A stretch of 64,000 nucleotides of DNA, taken from assembly GCA_000934665.2 (NCBI GenBank), contig KZ538077.1:1-64000 (forward strand), read 5' to 3'. Numbering within the stretch: position 1 is the stretch's first letter; every line of letters starts with the position of its first letter. The DNA is from Catajapyx aquilonaris (lineage: Eukaryota). A program made the position numbers and the translations under genes. Shown piece by piece: positions 35,742-49,858 of this stretch. The notes beneath the pieces are model-generated. The model was not told the DNA's origin and did no database searches. It saw only the letters and a program-made list of their open reading frames with translations.

Positions 35742-38700
35742 TAGTGACCAGACCTTTCTATTACAAGACAGTGATCGTGTATGTCCCATCAAGCGGGAGT
35801 TACAAGGAGCCAATCACGGAGCGCAGGACAACACTCAGGAATATCGATATTACACAGTTGCCATTCATTTAGGATCGTGCTCGGCTGTTGGTTTTTCATA
35901 AAGGGAGCGGTGTAAGCTTGGAACTTGCGCGAAATGTTCATAAGCTTAAGCGCGATATCACTGGTGGGCGAAACAATACAAATCCTGCGGTTGGAAGAGA
36001 AGTGGCAATTACGTTAGCTTGTTTTATCCAAGTGACTGCCAGTCAGGCTAATCCAAGTGCGATACAAAATGGGAAGAGGATCAGAGGAAGTGCACCGTGG
36101 ACATTTACGCCGTATAAGAGTCCTAGAATGCGCGTTGTTTTTCTGTATCCAATTTCCAGCTAGTATCTGCACTTTGCTAACAATGTCAGTATTTTTGGGC
36201 CAAATCCGGTCGTGACACGTCGCAGTCTGCACTGAGCTCACCCCAACCTATTGACCACAAGCTCGCAAAACTCCGTCAAGCACAGCCGAAAGCCCCCGTG
36301 CTAATCAGCATAAAACGAAACTCCCACCTCCCAAAGCTGGCGTTTATGACTCCAACTAGTACTAGAAGGGTGGGGCATACACTTGATAGTTTAGTCATGG
36401 CTGTGATCTGAATTCCAGGCTAGCCCCTAGAAATTGATATTGGCAACACAGATCCGCTGGGTGTATAGGAGAGGGCAGGGCGTGAGAAAATGCTCCTTCT
36501 CCCCTACTCCACCATTGGCATTGCACCAATTTGGGCAAATTGGAGCGGGAGGCCATTGAGGAAGCGAATGGGTGCAGGGAGAGCGATGAATTGCTTCTTC
36601 CGATTTAGAGACACCCCATGGCAAGGCAGTGCAAGGCAAGCCTCCGTTCCTTATTTCCTCAAAAAGGGAGAGGGGAAGATGGGGAAGGGGTGGTGGTATG
36701 CACTTTCCCTAACGATGCCTTCAATATTACCTGCTTCCTCACCAATTGCCTTTCAAATGGGATGTAGGGGAGCCTTGACAAATGCGCTATTCAGAATGAC
36801 AGCAGGCATTACGTCTATTCCGTCAATTTTCTGCCCACTGTTACTATATACAGATTCAGAAACAACCGGAAGGTATTTTCTCTTCCGCTACGTTACCCCC
36901 TGTATTTACCAAGTGGAAATGAAAGAATCAGCTGAAGCGTGCTTACAAGTGGTTATTTTACCACCGGAAAAGAAAATAACTGCAAAAATTGAGTTTCTTT
37001 TCCGGAAGGGCTGGGAAGAGCGGTAATAGGCTTGTTGTCAATGAAGTGGCCCACCCTTCTTTTTTTTATTTTAAGAGCGGCTGAGTGAGTTTGAAGAAAT
37101 GAGGGAAGACCATGGAAATAATTTCTCCCTCCCTAACACTTTTAATCGCTTTCATTATTCCCATCGATTTCCATTCCGGGGGGAATATAACACGAATTCT
37201 CTCCGCTTGAAATATTCCGCCCCACAGCTCTCTGTTCAGACACAAGAAAAATTGTCTGTTTGAGCAGTGGGAGCCGCCATCTGTCGTCAGGTGCAAATGT
37301 CGCCAATTCACTCCACCCTGCAATCACCTAGTGGTCCCCAGCCATGTGGACCCTAGCCAAATTCAAAACGTGTCGCGTATTATTGCGCTGGAAACTGCCT
37401 GTACTTTACAGACTAAGTGAAACTTTACCCACCTAGCAACATCCCCCCCCATTCACACAGCAGGCAAGGGGAAGAGGGGACTTCCCCCTTAACCCTTATT
37501 AACGGTTATTACTTGAAAATAAAAATGAGGAAGAGAGGGGTTGGGTAGAGTAGATTCGGCCAGTCCACCTCCCCCATCTATTCATTAAATGCTATTAGGG
37601 CGGCACACAGCCCCATAACTCCTCCTTGCCGCCAAGAAATAATAAGTTGTTGAGGGTCAAGCCCTCGCCAAATTTTGCTGCTCGTAAAAGCGCTATTTTT
37701 TTCCCCCCCCTGAACGGGATTAGGGTATAGGGAGAGAAGAGGGCATCCGGGGCCTCCTGATTAAGCAGCCGGCAAACTCCAGCATTTGATTCCATTCCGC
37801 GCGCCCTAGAAGCAGAGCGATGTTTCCCAAAGGACAGTCAGCATGGAAAAGGTCAATTCCTCCGAAAGAAACTGCGCATATTTCCTCCCTTTTTTCTATA
37901 TTTTTTACGAGCTATATCAGGGACAGAGGATGCACGTTTTATATCCATTACGCCCAAGCGCATGGCTTTCCCTCAAATTGGCTCCGGATTTTAAGAAGAA
38001 ACCAGGTGTTGCGACCTCGTTTTATTTGGGCCTACACTTGGTGCATCTTGTAGGAATCCTAATTAGGAAATTAATTTAGCAGCGAGCAAGCTTAACTTAT
38101 TTAGTCCATCCATGTCGTTCCGGACAGGGAGACTTGAAACCCTACGGATTGCCCCCCGCTGCACACAGCACCCGGTAATGAACGCCTTTGCATTACCCCT
38201 TGGAGAATAGAATTTCAAATTTGGGCTCGGGGCAGGCAGCAGGGGCAAAGGGGAACAAATCAACTCAATCTTCCAAATAAATTAGCGCACTAATTCATTA
38301 GTTACTATGGTTATAACACCAGCTATTTTCCCACCCTCCTAGGCAACAGCCACGCTACCTCCCCCCTTTGCATTCGATCGCGTAAATATGTGCGCCATTG
38401 AGGATCGATCATGTCACGTGCATTCGATTGCTTAGGGTAGACCATGCTCTAGCACGTGTTAGAGAATGCTTATGGCATCATCGATTCAAAATGGCACCCA
38501 TTTCTATGCCAGCCAAATCACAATGGGAGTAGCGTTGGAGGAATTTTGTTGGGAAGGGGTTTGGAAAAGCGTGCAGTCCAAAAGCCCTAAATAACATAAA
38601 TTATGTAACATATGGAGCACTATTTTTCCGCAGCATTATAATATCTTAGTCTATATAGGCTATCGGCCTTGCAAAAAAATCGGATGAGGTAATGACTGTC

Positions 38701-41700
38701 CCGATTCGGAATCAGAATTGATTGATAATGACCACCGAACGCCAAAGCCGACCATACTAACGGTGCTAAACCAATGACGGAGTGTTGTTGTAAGTACTGT
38801 TTTATTGATTTGTAATGCGAATAATTATCATGCGTGTAATTTAAAACAGTCGAGAGTATTGTTGACTTTCCATCGTTTTGGCAGGAGGGATATCGTGAAA
38901 ACAACACGGGATCGGGTTGCGGAAGGAAGCAAAATTTGATTACTATACTACTGTACTCTCAAACGGAAGTGGGGAATTCAATTTCCAACCACATCATAGA
39001 TGCATAATTCGCAGTAATGGGGATGACTTTGGAAAAAACTTGCTATAATTGACCGCAAGTTACATGAGCTAAAGTTACCAAATTTAGTTGTTTCTTTCCC
39101 CGAACAATGCGTGGGGATTATGGTAAAAGGATTGGAGACACTGCTCTGTCGACGTAAATACGGCACATGTTCACCAATCACATGCATGGCTGCCAAGTGC
39201 TCTTGGGGCTGAGCCTATCCATCATAGTTTCTCCCAGCTTAGCATTAGAACACTAGCGCAAAACTTTTTTGAAGGGGATCAATACATAGCAGTCTAAAGT
39301 CATGTTTACACGGTTGGGAGAGACTACTGGATAAAAAGGAAGGTATTACGATGGCGCAGTGCCAAGAAAAGTACTGTTGGCGAGGGCCGGAAGAAGCCAA
39401 TGAGAATAACCATACCGTGAACAAAAGCTATTTTCGCAAATCTAACGGATTTTTACTAGCAGAAAATGAACCTCTAACGTTCCCCCTTATTCAGCCTGAA
39501 ACATTCCCACAAGATGCAACACTTGGTACAAGTGCATAATGCCCTCGCGCAATACACCACAATTGGGTTTACTGGCGAAAGTACTCGAAATAATTGTTTT
39601 CCAATCCGCCTATACAAACACCAACTCAAGATATTCACTCCACGGTCCCATGCAGTATTTCAATAACCCATTAGGTCCAAAGCCGTCTGTTTGGACACGG
39701 CCGGGACCTGCAGGCCGAACACAACTCCCCAGTGATTTTTAGAACACTCCAACCTGGCGCTACAATGCATTTACAAAAAGCAGGCAGCCTTGTTCACGCG
39801 CCCACCATCCAACTAACAAACTTGAAGATCCCCCCCCACAGGCAGCATGATTTAAACGGGCATACAGGAGGAATTGCAGAGACTGAACATTCCCGGAGAG
39901 GAGAGCACGTATTCCACCCACCCCCATTCAAAGGAAGCACCAGGGGTTCTCTAGCTCTCGTCGCAATTATTGCTCCCTGACCCCCTTCGCGCGTCTTCCT
40001 ATTCACAGCCAACGTCCACTTGTTCGCATTCAAGGGAGCCGGAGGAGGAAGATTCGACCGAGGGGGATAGCAGGTTCGGCCAGACTGCGCCATTGTACCA
40101 GGGATTCCTTTAGCACCCTCAACAATCGCCATTCCAGCCCTGCTGTCGTTATGCTTAACCTAAAGAAGAACTGCGGACCTAAACTTCACTCGACTCAAAA
40201 AAGGTGATATTGAAGCGCCAGTTCCCCTTTACAAGCCCACGGTATTGCACTAACAGTACCGTATCACACCCAGAAACTTCAAACTAACGGCGTGAAATGT
40301 GAATTCAACATGCAAAATCATGTCGCCCGTCGCCTGGCAAATTGGAGTTTCAGATGTTTCCCAGAATCCGGTTGAATTCCCCAAAGATGGGCTTCGACCC
40401 CGGTCGTAGCTGGAGGCCAATGTATGTACCCCATCCGCTCCGAGTAGGCAAACAGACGGAGTAATTTGCAGAAACGCGAGGCAAGATGCCGTAATTTATA
40501 TTACAAATTGGGGGGGAGGGGGAGGGGGCGTCTTCTACTTCGCTTCGCCTTCACCTTTAATTACGCACACAGAGTTATTTCCCCCAGAAATTCTCCCAAA
40601 AGTGGTCACATATTTCGGATATACTCCGGACAACAAGTTTTGAGCAAAACCTTTGGTTATTCGACAAAATGTGGTGGGGCTTTAAAGCGGTTGGTAGCGT
40701 ATTAAACACCCAGCTTGGATCTAAAGAAGAGGCAGGCAAAAGGCCCAGTCCTAATCAGCTGCGAACATTTTGGCCTTAGCCACGGCTTGCCTAATGAGCT
40801 TGCAGATAGCCCTAATTGGGCCACTTCCTTTTCCCAAAAAAAAGAGGGGAGAGGGGTGGAGGGAGTGGCAAAAAAAGGCGGGGAGAGGCACGCAGAACAG
40901 AGCAGGGAAGAAGAGATTTGAATACATGACCGTGACATTCAATTACCAGACTACAAAAGGGTTCAAATCATTTTGGCATTGACGGCTACTCTATTGGATT
41001 ACACAGAATTCGAACCATGGCCGTAAACACTGCTTGGTCATGAACAACCCTCATCACCTGGGTCGAATGTCATTTTTAGATATGGGTGACTCCCTGTATA
41101 TTCAACCCACCGACCCTGAGTGGTCAGACAATCTAGAGGGAAATAGTAAAAAAGTTTCACCTTCGTAACCGATGAAGTCCAAAACGGATCCCAGATGAAG
41201 ATCTTCCTCTAAGTGCCCCCCGGGGAGGGATTGTGATTGCAGGGACGACTGCTTTGGTTTGCTGAGTTAGCGTGCCCGCAGACTCGAGCAAAAGACGAGA
41301 GAAAGAAGTTAAAAAAAAAGTTGGCTTTTTTGTGGTAGGGGGTGAGGGCAACAAAGGCCCGTCTCGTCTAGAAAGCTGTGAAGCGAACGCTCCTAACGAA
41401 GCTGCTGGGCCTCCAAGGGGAATCGCCACATATTTCAACCCGTGTTTGCCTATCATTTATCACGCCCGAATTGCCTTCCTTCGCTTAGTCTACGGCTTTG
41501 TTTCGTTCTTTTTAATATTCCTGCAGCGTCTCGCCAACTAAGTCAGGTGTGATGTGCAAGCTAGAAGTGAGGGAAGTGGAATATATGATGAAGCCGGAAA
41601 CGTGATCTGTCTGTGCGGGGTGGCAGGCAGGAAGTCCCCGCGTCATCAACATCGATTTCCCCCTGTACGTCTGACTTTTCTCTCAAGTGCTAGCTGGGCC

Positions 41701-44700
41701 TTGGCATTATCTATTGTGAATTAATTAGGTTCGGACCTCTAGAGACTGGGGCAGTGACTGGGTTCACACTGGCCTTCCCCGTGTGAAGCCCAGTTCTTCT
41801 TTAGAATGGGGCTGGGTCCGTGGCAACTCTACACTTCCGCCTGCGTATGTCCCTCGCCGCAAGGTAAATTCAATCCCTGTCCGGTTGGTTACTCTCCGAG
41901 CTCCTTTCCTCTGCTGTGGTCAATTCAATTACGACTCTCGATATTATGGGACTAACTCGAGTAACGAACTCGGAGAGAAAACCTCCAGTATAGGGAGGAT
42001 CATCCCTCTCACGCCGTATGTACAGTACACTAGTAAGCCGGACCATGCACGCACATGGTTCGTTTCAAAAAATTATTCGCCAGCGAACATGTAACCGCGA
42101 GAGATTAACGTCCCGATACAAATCAGGTGAGCCAATTAAAACCAGTCGATATTACAAGAAATGCCAATATCCATCAACTGTTGTCAGCATCCAGCCGCGG
42201 TTTGCTTGAAATGGGTGTGGCTACACCAATGTGTTGCGATATTTTGCGCGTGCCGAACAATCCTGCAAATTGACTCCTCACCCAGCACTAGCAATCTGAT
42301 GCGGCCAAAATCACGCAATCGTTAGCTCTAACCGTCAGACCAGCGTGTCACTCATGTAATGTTTGCAAACCTATCGCATTAAAAATTGTGTTCAAAAATT
42401 TGTCACCAGGCCTTATACTATAGTATGAACGCGGTCCACTCCGGATTGCCATATTCGGAAATATTCACACTCGAGGCATGGCTTGTTATCGCACTCAGTT
42501 ATCACGGTGGGCGATTTGGAGTAGGTGGGATTCAAGATAAGGCGGTGCCGCGTGTACCTAAAATAATCGAGCAAACCTACCGGCGAGTCCACATTGCTGG
42601 TTCCAAGGCATGTGTAATTTCCAGCGCCCTGTCGGCAACTGATCCACACATACCCGCGCACACACGCACACACACCCAGAGAGAGAGAGAGAGAGGAGAG
42701 AGAGAGCCTGTCGATATGTGCGGCGGAATTACCGCATGAGTTGAAATGTTTGACCTCAAACAGATTGAAATGAAAATTTAATATTACATTAGGTGGGCAG
42801 CAGTAATTAGCTGGATGTATTTATGCCAGTTCCAATGCCCAAAAAAGCGGGGTTTGCTAGCGAATCAGTACGCATGTTGACATTTGGCGCTGTTGTTCAG
42901 GCGATAAGGAGAACAGCAAACCGTCCGTGTGTGGCCACTGCCCGATATGAGAGTATCAAAACAAATTTTTTTTATCACGGTAACTAGCCTTCCTCCCTTT
43001 GGGGCTCGACAGCGTTGAAAATGAATAAAAAATATAACAACTTGCTACATAACGTATGCAATGCAAACAAACCACGGAGTCAAGTTTACCATTGCAAACT
43101 TGCTTAATTACAAAATTATTTGCAATAAAAAGCAGGCCGGGAGGGAGGGAGGGAGCATCAGTAAGGTAAATTAAATTACCATGTTTAAACAGTACCAACA
43201 TAATTGTCATGATCGAGCGACGGCGAATTTCCCTCGACACATCGGTGACTTGAGAGCACTTTTTCTCACATTCCACTATAAAAGTGCCTCCAAGGCTCCC
43301 CAGCACCCTAGACCGAGCCATAATTTTCCAGCAAACACTGGCATTCCAAAACAAAGGAAGGTAGTGACGTGCATGAATGAATGATTGATTGCCGTATTCA
43401 TTAAGGCCAGCTAGGCATGGTTTCACCCAAGATCGATTATATTCGAAAGAGAGACCAGCCCACGGGAGCCACACGTGTTGCTCAGACCCCTACATATTCC
43501 GCCTCCAATTTACACGGATATGCATGCATGATGAAGAAGAGGCCAGTCTACCCATTCATGCCAACCAACTGGAGGCGGGGTCACCTGTAGGCACTCAACA
43601 GGTGAAGCACCCTTCCGTGATCCGAAGCAATCAAAAGTGGCTCCTGCTGCAGTCAATAGGTACAAGCAAAACAATATGGTTTCCGACAATCATCCAGATT
43701 GAGCCATAAGGAAAGTTTCCCAGGAGCAGCAGACGCCAGAAGTGGTGGCGGTAGCTTCTACAAATTTGCAACTTGTGTACACTTGACTGCCGTCCCTCGT
43801 ATTTCATGCGTCGCACGGGGAAGGAATGGGGGAAAGGCGGGGACAGAAGTTAAGGCCAGGATGGTAGGCGAGGAAAGGCAGGCAGGGGGAGAAGAGAAAG
43901 GAAGAAGCTTACAGCATCCATCCCTGAGGATGCTCTCTCCCTCTGCGGAGTAAATGAGCGGCCATCATCTGCAGGTGACATCTGACTGAACCGAGACCGA
44001 CCCTTCCCTCGGCTAGAGCCCAAACAGTCTCGCTCATTTCAAGTGCACTTCACCACTCGTCAACGCTGCGGCTCATTATACAAGAAGGGAAGGAAAATAG
44101 CGTAATGAGCTTCACCGGTCGCCCCGGGATACGTTCTCTCCACAAAAATACCTCACCTACACGACATTCGTTATTAGGACGCACAACACACTGTGGGGAG
44201 GAGCCCAAATTGTACGGTTCATTTCAAACGCACTCCTCCCCCATAATTCGCACATCGCGCATCGGTGCAGCATGATGCGATACCATTCATTTCGAGGATT
44301 GTGAATGCGTAGGGCGTGGACCCCTGCCTGCCTGCCTGCCTGGCTCAAATGCCGAGCACCCAATAGGTACGTATATATGCGGAGCTTCGTCATCAAGATC
44401 CCTCAGGCGCCAATTTCACTTTCTTTAACCCTGTCACTTCCATGAGCTTCCTTCCAGCACCAAGGATCGCAACCTAATTACGAAAGACTATTAAGGATAA
44501 TTGCTTTGCATGCACTCCTGCCCACGCCAGCACATTTGCCACTCCTCCTCTCCCTACCAGTCTCCCAAACTTGCCCATATACGCTCCTCTCCCACCAAAC
44601 TCCTGGTGTCACCTATCCTGTCCTCCGCACCATCATTCCTCAATTCTGAGAAATCTGCCAATATCCACTACTCCAAAAACTGTACACTTGATTGGAAATA

Positions 44701-47700
44701 GTTGTCCAGTCCCGGACTGAGTAATGTTGGTAGGGATTAAAGGTCGTGCGTCTGAAGAATCTAGCTGCTGTGAAACTTTGAGCACAGTTTTCTCCCCGGC
44801 TATGGAGTGACTTCCTTGGCCCCAAGTCCTCAGTCAGGCGAAGTTGTTGATCCTAGTGGACATTTCCTCCTGCGCTGCGGATCGATCGTCGGCGATCGCC
44901 ATTGTCTCAGAGATGGCCTTCTGCGAATCTCTAGTTTGTTGGCTGGCCCAATGGACTCGGGTGGGGGGTTGACAAAAGCCACTCCCATCCCCTTCCCCCC
45001 CTATCCCAGCCCTACCACTCCTTAGTCGTCTGCCAATCCATTAGCGGAATAACAAGCGTTTTCGTTCCCTGCACTTATTTCCTTCCCCAGCTCCTGCTGC
45101 TGGATAACAATGGAGACATTGAGGGAGAGGGGAGGGTGGGATGCAGCCCAGGACAAATATGCGGGCGAGCTGGAATGATCGAGACGATCGGGTCTAAGGT
45201 GACTCCAGGGTAAAGGGGATCCAGCCTTTGCCTCCAATTGGAGCCATTTGTCGCTTGCCCTCCCCAGTCTCTTTAACCCGGATAACCTTCCCGGAATTCA
45301 TTCTCCCAGGCTGCAATTCCCAGTTCCAACTTCCCGGACTAACTGCAGCTCGCTCATCTAATCGCCTCACTTCCCCATGCTAACCTTCCCACCTTTACAA
45401 AGTACTAACTGCTCGTGCAATCAGGCTCGCCTTCACTTTTGCTGGAAGCACGAAAATAACGCCACCTTTTGCAGAATAGGAGCTAACTAACCTACACTAA
45501 CGCGATATCCGGTTTGGGAGTTTGCCGGGAACGACTTTGGCAACATCCTTTCGGAAAAAGGATGCGTCAAGGTTCTTCGGCGCGATACTCTTCCTTCCGA
45601 ATGCGCCTAGACGCCTCAGGGATACTGGATGTGGTCACAACTACGCCTTCAGGAAATGAAGCGGAAATTCTTATCGCTCCGCCTCAGACAGGAACGGTAT
45701 AAGGACACTCGTCAACACATGCTGCATATGTGATGGAAGCTAATAATGCACACCTTCCAGCAGAGCAGAGAGATATACACATGGAGTCAGGTCAGTGGCC
45801 GGTTGGTTCATCAAGAGCCAAATCTCCAGAGACTGTTTACCTGATAAATTCCTGAGGTGATAGACTGCACTTGGGGAAGGTTTAGGCCTGCTCTTAATCC
45901 AGTTTGAGGGGGTTTTGGGAGCGGATAGGGGAGAAAAGGAGAGAAAGGGGAGAAAGTAGGGGTCTGCTGGAGGGGAGTTCCCCAGGCCATTAGGCAGCTC
46001 GCCACTCAGCCTTTACAAAATGGGAGAAGGAAAGAGGGGGGAGGAGGAGAAGGGGGAGAGAGAAGGAAGGAAGATGGTCTCCCCACTTCCCTACTTTCGA
46101 TGGAGTAATGATTATCAGGGGAGCACCTCACCTCTACATGGATTGAACTCCACAGTTTCCATGCTCTGCTTGCTCGTGGACTCAACTTGGTTAAGTTGTT
46201 TACACGGTTCCTGCCAGGCTAGCTTTATGCTCAAAACCGACGGAAAAAATAACAACATGTAGCTATGCGCCACGCCGTTATATAAATAATCAATAAAACG
46301 CTTGCCTATCCATCAAAATCGGGGGACTTTCGGTTGTATAGTAACTCCAAGTGTTTTTCTCCCCAGCAGCTTAAAAACACCCGAGGAGAAAGATACACTG
46401 ATACTTATATAATATTGTAAATCGATACAGCAGGCGTTTTGCTCGTTTCGAAACAGTGCTAGTTTGCGCTTTCTACAGTACGGCCTTTTACGCAAATAAG
46501 TAGTAGTTGTCTGTGACATACTAGCCATGGTCACAGGCATTCAGAACAGACGACATTTATAGACTATTACTACTGAAATAGCAATATCAAACAACACCAT
46601 CACATCTTTAACCAAGAACAGTTTTAATTGTTCAAGATTAACATCACTAAAACTCTTTAGCTCTCTAACCAAAAGTACCTGTAACTATTACAAAATCTTG
46701 CATTTTTACAACGTTAAACCGGTGCGTAAAATATTATTTCGACCCCCTGCATATGCTATTCGTTTGGAAGGGTCATAATAATTCCGGCCATGGCTTTCAA
46801 CGCATAGAACAAAAAAGTTGGTTGCAAATTACATTGTCGCACCCCACTTCTGGCCGAAAGTGAGTTATTGTTAGTGTGACACCATGTGCTCTCGGTTGCG
46901 ACTGCCAGCAAACTAATGGAGGACGGTCATAATTCGAAACCGTAGTAATGCTCCATGTCGAATTATTACAAGGCCCGGAAACTTCAACCCGTTCTTATCA
47001 GTTATCAAAATATTAGTGGAAGAAATGTGTGAATTTGACTGATCTTTATGCCAAACACGAACGAAGTAAAAATATTTTGATCTCCATTTTTATAAACCTA
47101 CTGTTAGAATCGACTGATGTGAAATATGTTGATTCGCCAAACTCTCACAAGGCAACTGGATCATTGTCTTTCCCCTAATGAAATTACGATCCTTCTAGAA
47201 TCCAGCCCATGTCTCTCCTGGGATACACACTACTGTAAAACAAATGGACTGAGGAACTTATCAAACAGTACTTGGGCTCCTGCTAGAAACCGCCGTATAC
47301 ACCGGCACTTGAACTCGGCAATATAATAAAACTGTTTCCTACAGCTAAAAGCAATAATAACTGCTCGCAATTTCATTAAGCACCGCTCTCCAGGTACTCC
47401 CCACTCATGATCGATACTCAAGTCAGGCCGGATGATATCTGTTTAATTACATACTTGGCTAATAACCGGCTGCTAGCAATAAGCAGACTTTTTTCCTCCA
47501 CCCCTACCATGTCACCCAATTGTGCGGGGCTTCCCCGGCATGTCCATCCATCGTTACGTCACCAGGCTGGACGCACAGCCAATTAAGTGCAGCTTGACTG
47601 CCCTTTTCGTTTTATCTTCTGGGAACGCCGCATGGAGCGTACCGGTGTCAAATGTAATCCCAGCCCCACCCTCCCGGCACAAAATGTTCCCTTTTTTCCG

Positions 47701-48405
47701 CCAAAAACCCTCCTGTTGCCACGTGCCCCTTTATGCCGCTGCTCATATGAAAATCAGCTCCTACACTGGAGCTTGATCTAATTTGACGCCGGTGGCAGCG
47801 TGCCCCCTATTCATGCCCAACTAGTACTCCCGGAAATTTCCAGCCATTTTTTTCCGAGGTGGGTGGCATGGGGGAAGGCGGGGGAGGGATAGGAATATTT
47901 GAGTAGGGGCTCGAGAATTCTCGCGGCGCATTTGACGCATTTAAAATATCCGCTTTCGCCCGAGAGTAAGTCTGGGCACCAGGGAAATAATATGGCCGAT
48001 GATATCCGTTCTCTCAGGTCTATGGATGCATAAATGCGGCCTAGGCTTAAGCCGGGGGATCGCGCAGCTAGATTCCCGCCAGCGTATTATTTTTCAGACC
48101 TGCTTTTCGAGTCTGGAAAGTACGGCCACAATTGGCTCCATCACCGCTACACACCGAATTCCGCCCAACATTTCCCGGATGGTCATTATTATCTGGTCTA
48201 CTCGGCAGGCCTTAATCACCAAAAACGTGAAGGAATGACTATAATGAACTATCTAATCTGTGCAAATGGCACACACCGTATGCTACGGTGTATCATGGAG
48301 CGCGTGTTGCAGGAGGTGTTGTCATACGGCCATCTTGTAGAAATTAAAGGCGAGGAGCTGGGAGACTGACAACAGGTTTATTTTGCGTGGCACTTATACT
48401 GTATG

Positions 48406-48844
48406 CAGGGTGTTCGTGAACCGACCACTCAGACCTGTACCCATGGCTCCATGGACACCAGAGGATCATGTTATGTAGAGGAGTCATTATGTCTGGGCAG
48501 CCTCATTACTGAGATAATTGCCTTCAAACGACAAGTACAAAGTATCCTGGGAGGTATGGAAACCTTCAGCCCCGAAATCGTATCACGGGTGGAAATAGCA
48601 GCTTTTCCATTTGGCTACTAGCATGTCGCATGTGTACTGCATGTCGCATGTGATCTGTGACAATCTGTGACAATCTGTGACAATCACTCCTAGGCCCAAT
48701 CGCTAAATCGCAAATGATCCATTATCTCAGTAATGAGGCTGCACAGACATAATGACTCCTCTACATAACATGATCCTCTGGTGTCAATGGAGCCATGGGT
48801 ACACGATGGGTACAGGTCTGACTGGTCGGTTCACGAACACCCTG
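48406..48844. mobile_element. Tc1/mariner-type MITE (CAGGGTG family), copy 4
   Basis: CAGGGTGTTCGTGAACCGACCA ... TGGTCGGTTCACGAACACCCTG|TA (left TSD reads TG); about 110-bp TIR with the shared gaggagtcattatgtctg..cagcctcattactgagataat block; internal tandem repeats (atctgtgaca)x3. Confidence 0.88.
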
Positions 48845-49777
48845 TATATACAGAAGTAGTGGACACCACTGGTGTCGGGCATGAGCAGGTGTGTATCCGG
48901 CAGGAATGGGCAACATACACTAGGACCAAATACTAAGTTAGTACATGAACTAATAAAAGTGGATAGGCACATCAATAGGTGTACGGAAAATAACTCGATA
49001 TAATTCAGAATAAATTATATTCCGTAGATTGAAGAGAAGCAAACAGAAGGCAAAATCTAGCGTCATCTCTACGTACTCTAATGCAGGTGCGCTTTTCCCA
49101 TCCAATGTTAGCAGTATCCAGCTCTTTCCAGCCACAATTTTTTGGTCGGATTTAATTTTTTGGGGCATGGACAATGAAATGAGGCTTCGGAAGATTGGAT
49201 CCCGAATCCCCTCATGGCCATATCCGCATTAGTCGTAGTACTCAGTTGCGGTATTCATCCTCCATCGGCCGTAGACTCGCGTTGCTTTAATTCTACTAGC
49301 TCAAAACCTTGTAACCGATAATCAATGCGTGGCCAGATGGTAATCCAGATAGAAGAGTGTGATGTAGCCGCTATGGTCCCGCAAAAAAGTAAGAAAAAAA
49401 AGGGCGAAATTTGATATGCGTGCATATAGAAGTACTGTACGCTCTCTCTCGAGCTTCCCATCGGGATAGACAGCCTATCGGTAGCCATGCAATCACTATT
49501 TTTTTCTCATCCTTCGTACGAGGAAAAGAGCTCGTATATAATACAGCATATACCGAAACAGCTATACCGTATATTTGGACATTAATAGGCGTATGTCGAC
49601 CAATATTTCATCTCGGCAAGAAAGTTAACCATATTTGTGTATGAAATCTTTCACGAGCGAGTACAAAAAATGACGGGAGCCATTGCTCTGGCTGGATTTC
49701 GTTATCATTCTTTACAGTTCGGAGCGCGGGATTTGAACAGTATTGCACATATGACGAGGACCCCACCCTTCCCTATA

Positions 49778-49858
49778 CAGGGTGGTCCAACAAGAACCAC
49801 AGTTTACAGAAATTCGGATTTACAGTTACCGTCGGTTCTTCCTCGTTGGACCACCCTG
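49778..49858. mobile_element. 81-bp mini-MITE with CAGGGTGGTCCAAC TIR
   Basis: TA|CAGGGTGGTCCAAC ... GTTGGACCACCCTG|TG. Confidence 0.7.
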
